The notes under the pieces: model-generated
What the model saw: only the letters and a program-made list of their open reading frames with translations
Database searches by the model: none
Told to the model about the DNA's origin: nothing
Source: Bacteroidales bacterium
GTDB lineage: Bacteria > Bacteroidota > Bacteroidia > Bacteroidales > VadinHA17
Length of the DNA: 64,000 nt
Reading direction: 5' to 3'
NCBI GenBank assembly: GCA_049294275.1
Contig: JBAQCQ010000053.1
Span: 10,971 to 74,970, forward strand
Made by a program: the position numbers and the translations under genes
Shown here: positions 46,754 through 55,743 of the stretch, in pieces
Layout: the number at the start of each line of letters is the position of its first letter
How positions within the stretch are numbered: the first letter of the stretch is position 1

Positions 46754-48088
46754 ATGAAAAAGGTAACCCTTTTAGCTCTTACATTAATCTTGATCCTGGG
46801 CAGCTGCGCCTCCACTGAGTCCGGCGAGCTGACAGGCGTTCAGGGAAGGAAGAAATTCTATGAGCCGGAGCCGTTTGAAATGGCGTTCATACCTGCCGGT
46901 TCATATCAGATGGGACCGAGTGACCAGGATCCCCTGCGTGCCATGAACAGCCTCTCCAAGACAGTGACAGTGGAAGCCTTCTGGATGGACCAGACAGAGA
47001 TCACAAACAACAAATACCGTCAGTTTACCTACTGGGTGCGTGACTCTATCCTCAGGACAAAACTGGGCGAGGAAGGCATCGAGGGATACGAATTCTTCAG
47101 AACCGACGAGGAGGGCAATGTCCTTGAACCCAATGTTCTGAACTGGGATGAGGAAATCGATTACGAGGATGAGAACGTCCTCGCAGTCCTTGAAACCCTC
47201 TACTATCCCCCTGAAGAGAGATTCAATGCCAACAAGCAGTGGGATACCCGGCTTCTCAACTACTCATATTTCTGGGTCGACTACAAGCAGGCAGCCAAGG
47301 CAAGGTACAACTACAAGGAACAGAAGTACGAAGGCACGGTCACTGACCTTGAAGGAAACACCACCGATGTGGTCAACCGCTCGTCGTTCATCATGCACCA
47401 TAATGTCAATATTTATCCTGATACCCTTGCATGGATAAGGGACTTCACATACTCATTCAATGAGCCCTGGGCAACACTCTATTTCTGGCACCCGGGTTAT
47501 GATGACTATCCTGTTGTGGGAGTGTCATGGGTGCAGGCCCGCGCCTTCAGCGTTTGGCGTACCAACTTCATGAATGAGCATCTTCGAGCCCAGGGTATAG
47601 CTGATGTGCATAACTACCGCCTCCCGCTTGAGACTGAATGGGAATACGCCGCACGCGGCGGGCTCGATCTCTCGATGTACCCCTGGGGAGGCCCCTACAC
47701 ACGCAACTACCAGGGCTGTTTCCTCGCGAACTTCAAACCGCTGCGCGGTAACTACATAGATGACGGAGCCGTCTATACAATCAAGGTCGCTTCATTCGAA
47801 CCCAATGAGTACGGACTGTTCGACATGGCAGGCAACGTGGCCGAATGGACCTCGTGCGCATACCATCCGTCAGCCTATGTCTTCACCCACGACCTGAACC
47901 CCGACTATGAATACAACGCACGCCCCGAGGATCCACCGGTGCTCAAGCGCAAAGTCATCAGAGGAGGCTCATGGAAGGATATTGCATACTTCATGCAGAC
48001 TTCATCAAGGGACTATGAATACCAGGACTCAACAAAGTCATTTGTCGGGTTCCGCAATGTCAGAACCTACATTGGAGTAAATAACTAA
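46754..48088 (+). CDS. gldK: T9SS/gliding lipoprotein GldK/PorK (FGE-sulfatase fold)
   Basis: 444 aa with lipobox ILGS|C, plus FWMDQTEITN, VGVSWVQARAF, ETEWEYAARGG and VIRGGSWKD. Confidence 0.9.
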   Translation: MKKVTLLALTLILILGSCASTESGELTGVQGRKKFYEPEPFEMAFIPAGSYQMGPSDQDPLRAMNSLSKTVTVEAFWMDQTEITNNKYRQFTYWVRDSILRTKLGEEGIEGYEFFRTDEEGNVLEPNVLNWDEEIDYEDENVLAVLETLYYPPEERFNANKQWDTRLLNYSYFWVDYKQAAKARYNYKEQKYEGTVTDLEGNTTDVVNRSSFIMHHNVNIYPDTLAWIRDFTYSFNEPWATLYFWHPGYDDYPVVGVSWVQARAFSVWRTNFMNEHLRAQGIADVHNYRLPLETEWEYAARGGLDLSMYPWGGPYTRNYQGCFLANFKPLRGNYIDDGAVYTIKVASFEPNEYGLFDMAGNVAEWTSCAYHPSAYVFTHDLNPDYEYNARPEDPPVLKRKVIRGGSWKDIAYFMQTSSRDYEYQDSTKSFVGFRNVRTYIGVNN

Positions 48089-48115
48089 TACTGTTTAACC
48101 TAAAAATTCAATTAT

Positions 48116-48964
48116 ATGGGCCTTTCGGAATTTGTTCATACCAGTAAGTGGAAAGCTTTCATGTCCAAACTGTACGGCTGGGGTGCCTCGGTCGTGATCA
48201 TCGGTGCTCTCTTTAAGATTCAGCACTACCCCTACGCAGGTTTACTCCTCTCTGTCGGTCTTATCACAGAGGCGATCATCTTCTTCTTCTCTGCCTTTGA
48301 GCCGCTGAAGGAGGAACCGGATTGGAAACTCGTCTATCCTCAGCTGGATCCCAATTACTCCGGTGAGGAGATTGGCTTCGCTGCTGTTGGCGGCGGCGGT
48401 GGCGGCGGTGGCGCAGGCCTGTCACAGTTCGACAGGATGCTGGCCGACGCAGGCATCACCCCTGATGTCTTTGACCGACTGAGTTCAGGACTGAAGAAGC
48501 TCACCGAGACAACAGCCAACTTCAACGCCATGGGCGACTTGGCTGCTACAACAAATGAATATGCCAGCACAATCAGGAAAGCAAATGAGTCAATCATGAA
48601 CCTCTCGGAGTCTGCAAAACAGACTGCCAGGTCAATGACTGATGCCAACCCTGTCTACCATGCTCTCGGAGAGACATCGAAGACCATTGAGACGGGCGGC
48701 AAAAGCTACCAGGAGAAACTGGAAACCCTCAACAAGAACCTGTCAGCGCTCAATGCCGCCTATGAACTGCAGCTGAGAGGCACCAGTGACCATGTCAAAA
48801 GCACTGAGGTCATTTACAAGGGCATGGAAGGGTTGATGAAAGACCTTACAGGCTCTGCTGACGACACGAAGAAATACCGCGAACAGGTTGCCAAACTGAA
48901 TGAAAACCTCAGCTCACTCAATAATGTGTATGGCAACATGCTTGCAGCCATGAATGTGAAGTAA
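48116..48964 (+). CDS. gldL: T9SS/gliding motor protein GldL/PorL
   Basis: 282 aa with two N-terminal TM helices. The second carries a membrane-embedded Glu (VGLITEAIIFFFSAFE). The C-terminal half is helical, and the position between gldK and gldM fits. Confidence 0.85.
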   Translation: MGLSEFVHTSKWKAFMSKLYGWGASVVIIGALFKIQHYPYAGLLLSVGLITEAIIFFFSAFEPLKEEPDWKLVYPQLDPNYSGEEIGFAAVGGGGGGGGAGLSQFDRMLADAGITPDVFDRLSSGLKKLTETTANFNAMGDLAATTNEYASTIRKANESIMNLSESAKQTARSMTDANPVYHALGETSKTIETGGKSYQEKLETLNKNLSALNAAYELQLRGTSDHVKSTEVIYKGMEGLMKDLTGSADDTKKYREQVAKLNENLSSLNNVYGNMLAAMNVK

Positions 48965-49009
48965 TGTCAAGTACATCAAAATATCTGTTAACACCTAAAC
49001 TATCCGCAA

Positions 49010-50653
49010 ATGTCTAAGGGAAAGGAAACCCCGCGGCAAAAGATGATCGGTATGATGTACCTCATACTGACAGCAATGCTTGCGCTTAACGTTTCAAAGG
49101 AGGCCGTCGAAGCTTTTAAGAAAGTTGACCTTAGCTTGACGAAGACCACCGCAAACTATATCAAAAAGAATGATATTACCTATGCAGCTTTTGATGTGGC
49201 GGCGGCTGAGAACCCTGAGAAGGCGGGAGTGTGGAAGTCAAAGGCCTATGAGGTTAAGGCCCGTGCCGATGAAGCGTATAATTATCTCCAGGACCTTAAG
49301 ATAGAGATCATCACCACGGCTGAAGGCCCGGAATCGGAAGCACTCCTTCCCGATAACCAGATTGATGTTACCAAGGTCAAGAGGATTGATGAAAACAACA
49401 TCCCTTCGGAGATACTCATAGGATCTAACCAGGGTGGCAAGGGAAATGACCTGAAAGCGCTCCTTGAAGATTATCGCAGTTTCCTTGTGGAGACTCTCGA
49501 CGGGAAAGATATGGCCGCCGAAGCGTCAATACTGGATATTCTTGATACATCTGACCCTGAGAACCTGGAAAAGACCGGTACTGAGAACTGGGTAAACGCC
49601 AGTTTCCAGACACTGCCTCTGGTAGCCGTTATAACCATACTGTCTAAGATGCAGGTCGACGTCAGAAACGCCGAAACCGATGTACTCAACTTCCTCTATA
49701 CGCAGATTGATGCCGGTTCGTTAAGGTTCAACAAGATCATTCCGACTGTCATCCCCAACTCAACCTATGTCATGCAGGGTAATGAATACGAGGCCAGGGT
49801 ATTCGTTGCAGCAACCGACACCACCCAGGATATGGAAATATTCGTTGGGTCCTACAGCTCAAAGACCAACCCTGACGGTACTGTTACATACGAACCGGGC
49901 AGCCAGGCTACGAAGCTTCCCATCGATGAATCAGGTGTTGGTGTCTACAGGGTGAGACCCGGATCAACAGGCGAGAAATCATGGGGCGGCGTCATCAGGA
50001 TGAAGGCTCCCGACGGCACTATCCGTACATATGGCTTCGATTCGAAGTACTCCGTTGGCATGCCTAACGTCGTAGTCTCCCCCACAGCAATGAACGTCTT
50101 CTATCAGGGTATCCAGAACCCGGTTGACATATCAGTCCCCGGCGTGGGATCAGACAAGCTTACCGTGCGCATGACTAACGGCGACATCAAGAGGGGTAAA
50201 TACAAAGACTACCGCGGTGAGTATATTGCTGAGCCAAGAACTGTCGGCCAGAATGCCCAGGTAATCGTCTCTGCAAACATCAACGGCAAGGTGCAGACCT
50301 TCCCGCCCGTGGAGTTCAGGGTAAGAAGACTTCCCGACCCCGAGGCAAGATTCGCCAACATGAAAGAGGGTAACGTGCTCAGAAGCGTTGCATCTGCACA
50401 GCAGGTTGTGACTGCAGTCCTTGAGAACTTCGAGTTTGACCTTACCTATACTGTCACAGGCTTCACGGTTTCCGTCAATGACAAGGGCTTTGAAATCACG
50501 GCTGACTCAAACAACAACAGACTTACCGACAAGCAGAAGGGCCTCATTGCCAACCTGCGTGCCGGACAGAAACTCATAATAGAAAAGATAAAGGCAGTTG
50601 GTCCCGACGGAAGAACGAGGGATCTCAACCCTATCATTCTTAAGATTAACTAA
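49010..50653 (+). CDS. gldM: T9SS/gliding motor protein GldM/PorM
   Basis: 547 aa with an N-terminal single TM helix, PRQKMIGMMYLILTAMLALNVS, and a long periplasmic region. Confidence 0.85.
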   Translation: MSKGKETPRQKMIGMMYLILTAMLALNVSKEAVEAFKKVDLSLTKTTANYIKKNDITYAAFDVAAAENPEKAGVWKSKAYEVKARADEAYNYLQDLKIEIITTAEGPESEALLPDNQIDVTKVKRIDENNIPSEILIGSNQGGKGNDLKALLEDYRSFLVETLDGKDMAAEASILDILDTSDPENLEKTGTENWVNASFQTLPLVAVITILSKMQVDVRNAETDVLNFLYTQIDAGSLRFNKIIPTVIPNSTYVMQGNEYEARVFVAATDTTQDMEIFVGSYSSKTNPDGTVTYEPGSQATKLPIDESGVGVYRVRPGSTGEKSWGGVIRMKAPDGTIRTYGFDSKYSVGMPNVVVSPTAMNVFYQGIQNPVDISVPGVGSDKLTVRMTNGDIKRGKYKDYRGEYIAEPRTVGQNAQVIVSANINGKVQTFPPVEFRVRRLPDPEARFANMKEGNVLRSVASAQQVVTAVLENFEFDLTYTVTGFTVSVNDKGFEITADSNNNRLTDKQKGLIANLRAGQKLIIEKIKAVGPDGRTRDLNPIILKIN

Positions 50654-50670
50654 TACTAGAGATACACACC

Positions 50671-51525
50671 ATGAACAGGAGAATTCTGGCAGGCCTTACC
50701 GGCCTCCTGATCTGTACAGCCTCAATGGCCCAGTCGTTCGGAGACATCTATTCCAAACAGATGCCCGATAACCAGAAGATCAATTACACCTACCTGGGAG
50801 AATCAGATGTCATCTGGTCAAAAAGACTCTACCGGATCATTGACCTCAGGGAGAAGATGAACCTGAACCTCTTCTACCCGTCACTGAGATTTGACAAGGA
50901 CAATAACCGCTTTGTCTCGGAGATGTCGGACGGCAGAATGAACTTCTCGGGGATCCTTCTCAATGAGATCCTGTCAGGCAGGGTTGTTGCCACAGACGGC
51001 GATGCCATGACGGTGCCCACGACATACAATGACATTGCAGCCAAGATGAACCGAGATACCCTTACCATAACCGTAATCAACGCGGAAGGCAGGGAACAGG
51101 ACTCAACCGTGACGAACATGGAGAACCCGTCCGATATCAAGCAGCTCATGCTGCTTGAGGAGTGGTTCTTTGACAAGAAGCATTCACGACTTGACGTGCG
51201 CATAATAGGCATATGCCCCATCTATATGGGCTATGACCAGATTACCTCCAGGCTTGTGAAGAGACGTCTCTTCTGGATCCGTTACGAAGACGTGAGGCAG
51301 GCACTGGCAAGCAGCGAGGCATTCAACTCATTCAATGATGCACAGCGCATATCATTCGAGGACCTGATGCTGCAGCGCCGGTTTGACGGGTACATCGTTG
51401 CCGAGTCAAACGTCTATGACGACAGGTCTATCAACCAGTATAAGATGGGCCCTGCACAGATATTTGAGGCTGAAAGGATCAAGAACGAGATATTCAACTT
51501 TGAACAGGATCTCTGGGAATACTAG
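50671..51525 (+). CDS. gldN: T9SS/gliding periplasmic ring protein GldN/PorN
   Basis: 284 aa with a signal peptide. It is the last gene of the operon, with size and position as for GldN. Confidence 0.8.
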   Translation: MNRRILAGLTGLLICTASMAQSFGDIYSKQMPDNQKINYTYLGESDVIWSKRLYRIIDLREKMNLNLFYPSLRFDKDNNRFVSEMSDGRMNFSGILLNEILSGRVVATDGDAMTVPTTYNDIAAKMNRDTLTITVINAEGREQDSTVTNMENPSDIKQLMLLEEWFFDKKHSRLDVRIIGICPIYMGYDQITSRLVKRRLFWIRYEDVRQALASSEAFNSFNDAQRISFEDLMLQRRFDGYIVAESNVYDDRSINQYKMGPAQIFEAERIKNEIFNFEQDLWEY

Positions 51526-51541
51526 AAGAATGCAAGTAAAG

Positions 51542-51570
51542 AAAAGCGCTCCGCAAAACGGGGCGCTTTT
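51542..51570. terminator. Bidirectional rho-independent terminator between convergent gldN and manC
   Basis: The sequence AAAAGCGCTCCGCAAAACGGGGCGCTTTT has a GC-rich stem (GCGC.CCG / CGG.GCGC) flanked by an A-run and a T-run. Confidence 0.7.
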
Positions 51571-51573
51571 CTT

Positions 51574-52659
51574 TTACAGGTATTTCTCCCCTGTTTCCTT
51601 GCCGATATCGTCGAGATAAGTCTTTATGTTCTGCTCCTGCTCACGTGACACAATCAGCAGTACATCACCGCTGTCTATGATTATGTAGTCATCAAGCCCC
51701 TGTATCACCGCAATCTTGTCCCTGGGAAGACTGATTATATTTCCTTCGGAATTATAGGTGAGCGCCTTTGCATTAAGCACGGCATTGTCATTCCTGTCAT
51801 GTTCCGAATGCAGGTACAGCGAGCTCCATGTCCCAAGGTCTGACCAGCCGAGGTCAGTGCAGATGACATAAACATTGTCAGCCTTCTCCATTATTCCGTA
51901 GTCAACAGAGATGCTGCTGCACTGGGCATAGGCGAGCTTTATGAACTCCTTTTCGGCCGGGGTGCCGAAATTCTTCTTCCCTTCAAGAAACGAGTGGTAC
52001 ATATCAGGCAGATGCCTTTCAAAGGCAGCCAGGACCGTGCCGGCCTTCCAGATAAAGATGCCGCTGTTCCAGTAGAAGTCACCGCTCTCAATGAAGAGCT
52101 TCGCCATCTTCAGCTCCGGTTTCTCGGTGAAGGCCTTCACCTTGTGCAGGCTTTCAAAGCCGCTTACCGGTTGCCGCAGGTTGGCCTGGATATAACCGTA
52201 CCCCGTCTCGGGACGGTCAGGCCTGATCCCCAGGGTCAGGAGAGCATTATTCTCAGAGGCAAACCTGTAGGCCTCATTCATCACCTTCATGAACTCATCC
52301 TCTTTCTTTATCAGGTGATCGGCCGGAGTGACAGCTATCACCGCTTCGGGGTTCTCGGCCATGATCCTGAAGACACCGTATGCTATGCACGGTGCGGTGT
52401 TTCGCCGCAGGGGCTCAGCCAGCACATGATCACCGGCAATGCCGAGCTGCTCAACCACCATCTCACTGCTGTCTTCGCTGGTCACAACATATATGTTCTC
52501 GGCAGGACAGATCCCCTTAAATCGCTTATAGGTCATCTGTATGAGCGTTTCGCCTGTCCCGAGGATGTCAAGAAACTGTTTGGCCCTCTCCTTCCTGCTC
52601 AACGGCCAGAAGCGGCTCCCGACACCACCGGCCATGATCAGCAGATAGCGGTTTTTCAT
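51574..52659 (-). CDS. manC: Mannose-1-phosphate guanylyltransferase
   Basis: 361 aa with LIMAGGVGSRFWPLSR in an NTP-transferase fold. No PMI domain. Confidence 0.85.
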   Translation of the reverse strand: MKNRYLLIMAGGVGSRFWPLSRKERAKQFLDILGTGETLIQMTYKRFKGICPAENIYVVTSEDSSEMVVEQLGIAGDHVLAEPLRRNTAPCIAYGVFRIMAENPEAVIAVTPADHLIKKEDEFMKVMNEAYRFASENNALLTLGIRPDRPETGYGYIQANLRQPVSGFESLHKVKAFTEKPELKMAKLFIESGDFYWNSGIFIWKAGTVLAAFERHLPDMYHSFLEGKKNFGTPAEKEFIKLAYAQCSSISVDYGIMEKADNVYVICTDLGWSDLGTWSSLYLHSEHDRNDNAVLNAKALTYNSEGNIISLPRDKIAVIQGLDDYIIIDSGDVLLIVSREQEQNIKTYLDDIGKETGEKYL

Positions 52660-52687
52660 GATTATTAGATTTTATTAAGCACTCTTA

Positions 52688-52695
52688 CAAATATA
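52688..52695 (-). promoter_or_regulatory. -7 box candidate for manC
   Basis: TATATTTG on the minus strand, with 28 nt to ATG 52659. Confidence 0.35.
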
Positions 52696-52747
52696 TAAAT
52701 TCCCTTCCATGAAAACCGGCACGGTTCCGGGTGCGGTGAATTATTGT

Positions 52748-52755
52748 TAAATTTG
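52748..52755 (+). promoter_or_regulatory. -7 box candidate for mlaEF
   Basis: TAAATTTG, with 16 nt to ATG 52772. Confidence 0.35.
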
Positions 52756-52771
52756 ACAAAACTTTCAAATC

Positions 52772-53515
52772 ATGTTCAGGTTCCTTGCAGGCTTCGGTTC
52801 ATACTGGATATTACTCGGCAGGGTCTTTGCCAGGCCCGAGAAACATTCAATATACTACAGGCAGACCATGAAGGAGTTTGTAAGCCTCGGGCTGCGATCA
52901 ATAGGCATAGTAATTATAATCTCCTTCTTCATGGGAGCGGTCTTCACCCTGCAGACCGCATACAACACTGAGAACCCAATTTTCCCTACCTACCTCATAG
53001 GACTTGGTACGAGGGACTCCATTATCCTTGAGTTCTCTTCGACAATCGTGGCCCTGATTCTTGCGGGCAAGGTTGGTTCAAATATTGCATCAGAGATCGG
53101 CACCATGAGAATCACCGATCAGATTGACGCACTCGAACTGATGGGAATCAACTCGGCCTCATACATCATCCTCCCCAAAGTGGTTGCATCAGTCCTGTTC
53201 AACCCGTTCCTCACGCTGATAAGCATCATTACCGGTATCATTGGCGGATGGATCGCAGGAACCGCAGCCGGGGTTATAACCTCGTCGGATTATATATACG
53301 GCATTCAGTATGCATTCATACCTTATTATATTACATACTCCCTGATCAAGACAGTCATCTTTGCGTTTATAATTACAACCATCTCGGCTCACCAGGGTTA
53401 CAATGTGGAGGGAGGCTCACTTGAGGTGGGGCGCGCGAGCACCAAGGCAGTGGTCTACAGCAGCGTCACAATCCTCCTGTTCAATGTCATTCTCACCCAG
53501 CTGTTACTCTCATGA
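52772..53515 (+). CDS. mlaE: MlaE-family ABC transporter permease
   Basis: 247 aa, polytopic, with an MlaE-like EIGTMRITDQIDALE segment. Confidence 0.85.
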   Translation: MFRFLAGFGSYWILLGRVFARPEKHSIYYRQTMKEFVSLGLRSIGIVIIISFFMGAVFTLQTAYNTENPIFPTYLIGLGTRDSIILEFSSTIVALILAGKVGSNIASEIGTMRITDQIDALELMGINSASYIILPKVVASVLFNPFLTLISIITGIIGGWIAGTAAGVITSSDYIYGIQYAFIPYYITYSLIKTVIFAFIITTISAHQGYNVEGGSLEVGRASTKAVVYSSVTILLFNVILTQLLLS

Positions 53516-54267
53516 TCAGGGCTGAACATATAACCAAGTCCTTTGCCGGCCGTGAGGTGCTGAAGGATATATCTGCAGTCTTTGAGCCGGGGCAGACGAA
53601 CCTGATAATAGGCAAGAGCGGATCAGGGAAGACTGTCTTCCTCAAATGCCTGGTTGGACTGCTTGAGGTGGACGAGGGTAAGATCTTTTACAATGATGTG
53701 CTCTTTACCGGCCTCAACTTCAAGGCAAGGAAGGAGATCAGGAAGGAAATGGGAATGCTCTTCCAGGGAAGCGCCCTGTTCGACTCCATGACCGTTGAGG
53801 AGAATGTCAGGTTCCCGCTTGACATGTTCACCGGCATGTCTTACGAGGAAAAACTGGAGAGGGTCAACTTCTGCCTCGAGAGAGTGCACATCATAAACTC
53901 CAACAGCCTCTTTCCCTCAGAGCTGTCAGGAGGGATGAAGAAACGCGTGGCCATAGCAAGGGCGATAGCCCTCAAGCCGCGGTTTCTCTTCTGTGACGAA
54001 CCCAACTCGGGCCTTGATCCAAAGACATCAATAGTTATTGACGAGCTGATCAGGGAGATAACCCTCGAACTGAACATGACCACCATTGTCAATACTCACG
54101 ACATGAACTCCGTGATGGAGAACGGGGAAAAGATCATCTTCATAGAGGAGGGCGAAAAATGCTGGGAGGGGAACAAAAGCGAGATTCTCAAGTCAGACTG
54201 CAAACTGCTGAATGAGTTCGTCTTTGCAAATGCCCTTGCCAAACAGCTGAAGGACTCCTCGAAATAA
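53512..54267 (+). CDS. mlaF: ABC transporter ATP-binding protein (MlaF-like)
   Basis: 251 aa with GKSGSGKT, LSGGMKKR and FLFCDEP. A 4-nt overlap with mlaE. Confidence 0.88.
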   Translation: MIRAEHITKSFAGREVLKDISAVFEPGQTNLIIGKSGSGKTVFLKCLVGLLEVDEGKIFYNDVLFTGLNFKARKEIRKEMGMLFQGSALFDSMTVEENVRFPLDMFTGMSYEEKLERVNFCLERVHIINSNSLFPSELSGGMKKRVAIARAIALKPRFLFCDEPNSGLDPKTSIVIDELIREITLELNMTTIVNTHDMNSVMENGEKIIFIEEGEKCWEGNKSEILKSDCKLLNEFVFANALAKQLKDSSK

Positions 54268-54270
54268 GGA

Positions 54271-55734
54271 TCAGAACACTGCAGGTATCTTTTCCTTCTC
54301 CCTGTTACCGAAGACAAAATTAATACCGAGCCTGGCATGAACTGTATTCCAGTTCTCGGGGATCGTGTAACTCTCTGTGCCGCTTGTAACCCTGGTGTAC
54401 TGTAGCGGGATGTTGTCAACAATGGCATAGAACTGGAAAAAGCCTCCCCTGAAGGCCAGCCCGAATCCAAGGTTGTCATAGCGCCTGTTTGCGACGGTCC
54501 AGGCCAGGGTGGTTGAAAGGGCATTTCCCAGGTTGATGTTCCCGGAGAGTGTCAGCGCTTCATGCACCTGTTTGCCCTCGAACCGGGTCTGCGAAAGCAG
54601 CCCTGCGGTGAAGAAATCTGCCGGGGTGAAGCTGAAACCTGCGGTCATGTTGAACGGCAGATATGTGGTGTAGGAGCCGGGTGATTCATTGAGCTCTATT
54701 GACTTCTGCAGCGAATCGGCCGCCCAGTTGGTGAGTTCACTGAACGAAACACTTTCATCATACACGTCCTGCATGGTCAGACCGTTAAACTCGAAGGTTT
54801 TGGTGATATAAACCTCTGACCGGTCTCTCTTCCAGTTAATAAAACCTATATCGGTAAGGGCGGCCGAGACGGCGAACAATTCATTGAACCTGTACTCTGC
54901 TCCCAGCTCGATGCCGAGGCCCGGATTGGCAAATCCGAGACCGTAGGAGAGATAATCATTGCCCTCATTAAAACGGTCTTCATCAAACCTGATGTTGTCA
55001 ATTGTCCCGTCGGTCTCGTCCCTTGTGAAAATGACCGGGGCGCTGAGGTTCAGTGACACATCGGCATCAAGGGTGTGCGTATTGTCCTCATTGACGGTAA
55101 GGGTCATGCCGTTGTTTGTAAGATAAGCGGATGCCACCCCCGAAAGAAACATAAGTCTTGCCCCGACCCTCAGTTTCTCAGTGATATTCTTTGATGCACC
55201 CAGCCCCATCTCATGGTAATACTTCATGTCAGCCCTCATCGACGACATATCGATGTTTCTTCCGATATAGCTCTCATTCCCCTGTATACCCAGCCTGATG
55301 AGGTCTCCCGGTAAAACGAAATTGGCATCGGCACGCTCCGTTATGTCGAAGCTTATCCTGAGGTCATCTCCCACCGTGAAGGCAAGTCCGAAGAGTTGCA
55401 CTGCTGCCTGCGGTTCAAGCGAGTTGTTGTTTCCAAGGCCTGCAATGAAGTTGTCAAGGTCTTCACTACGATTAAGGATTGTAAAGGTCGAGTCTGAAAT
55501 GACTCCGTTGCTGAACATGTCGGAAAGACTCAGGAAATTATTGTCAACCCTGACCGAAATGTCAGAAATACCCGGCAGTCCGACGTATGTCCTCCCCGAT
55601 GGCTGTAGGGCGGGGTTGAGTGAAGTCCTTTGCGGGAGGTTCATATAGTACAGTACATTGCTGGTCTGTGCTTCTGCAATGCTTCCTGTCACTGCAGTCA
55701 GCAGGAGGAGCATCATGATCTTTTTTGCTTTCAT
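54271..55734 (-). CDS. Predicted outer-membrane beta-barrel protein, function unknown (possible distant PorP/SprF-like)
   Basis: 487 aa with signal peptide MKAKKIMMLLLLTAVTGSIAEA, alternating hydrophobic strands, and a terminal Phe (IPAVF). The N-terminus VLYYMNLPQRTSLNPALQP..YVGLPG echoes porP. Confidence 0.6.
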   Translation of the reverse strand: MKAKKIMMLLLLTAVTGSIAEAQTSNVLYYMNLPQRTSLNPALQPSGRTYVGLPGISDISVRVDNNFLSLSDMFSNGVISDSTFTILNRSEDLDNFIAGLGNNNSLEPQAAVQLFGLAFTVGDDLRISFDITERADANFVLPGDLIRLGIQGNESYIGRNIDMSSMRADMKYYHEMGLGASKNITEKLRVGARLMFLSGVASAYLTNNGMTLTVNEDNTHTLDADVSLNLSAPVIFTRDETDGTIDNIRFDEDRFNEGNDYLSYGLGFANPGLGIELGAEYRFNELFAVSAALTDIGFINWKRDRSEVYITKTFEFNGLTMQDVYDESVSFSELTNWAADSLQKSIELNESPGSYTTYLPFNMTAGFSFTPADFFTAGLLSQTRFEGKQVHEALTLSGNINLGNALSTTLAWTVANRRYDNLGFGLAFRGGFFQFYAIVDNIPLQYTRVTSGTESYTIPENWNTVHARLGINFVFGNREKEKIPAVF

Positions 55735-55743
55735 GGCTGCAAA

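Noticed and set aside
48389-48412. Eight consecutive Gly codons in gldL as a possible phase-variation tract
   Set aside because: The tract mixes GGC and GGT codons and is in triplet register, so slippage would only change linker length. It is most simply a flexible linker between the TM and cytoplasmic regions.
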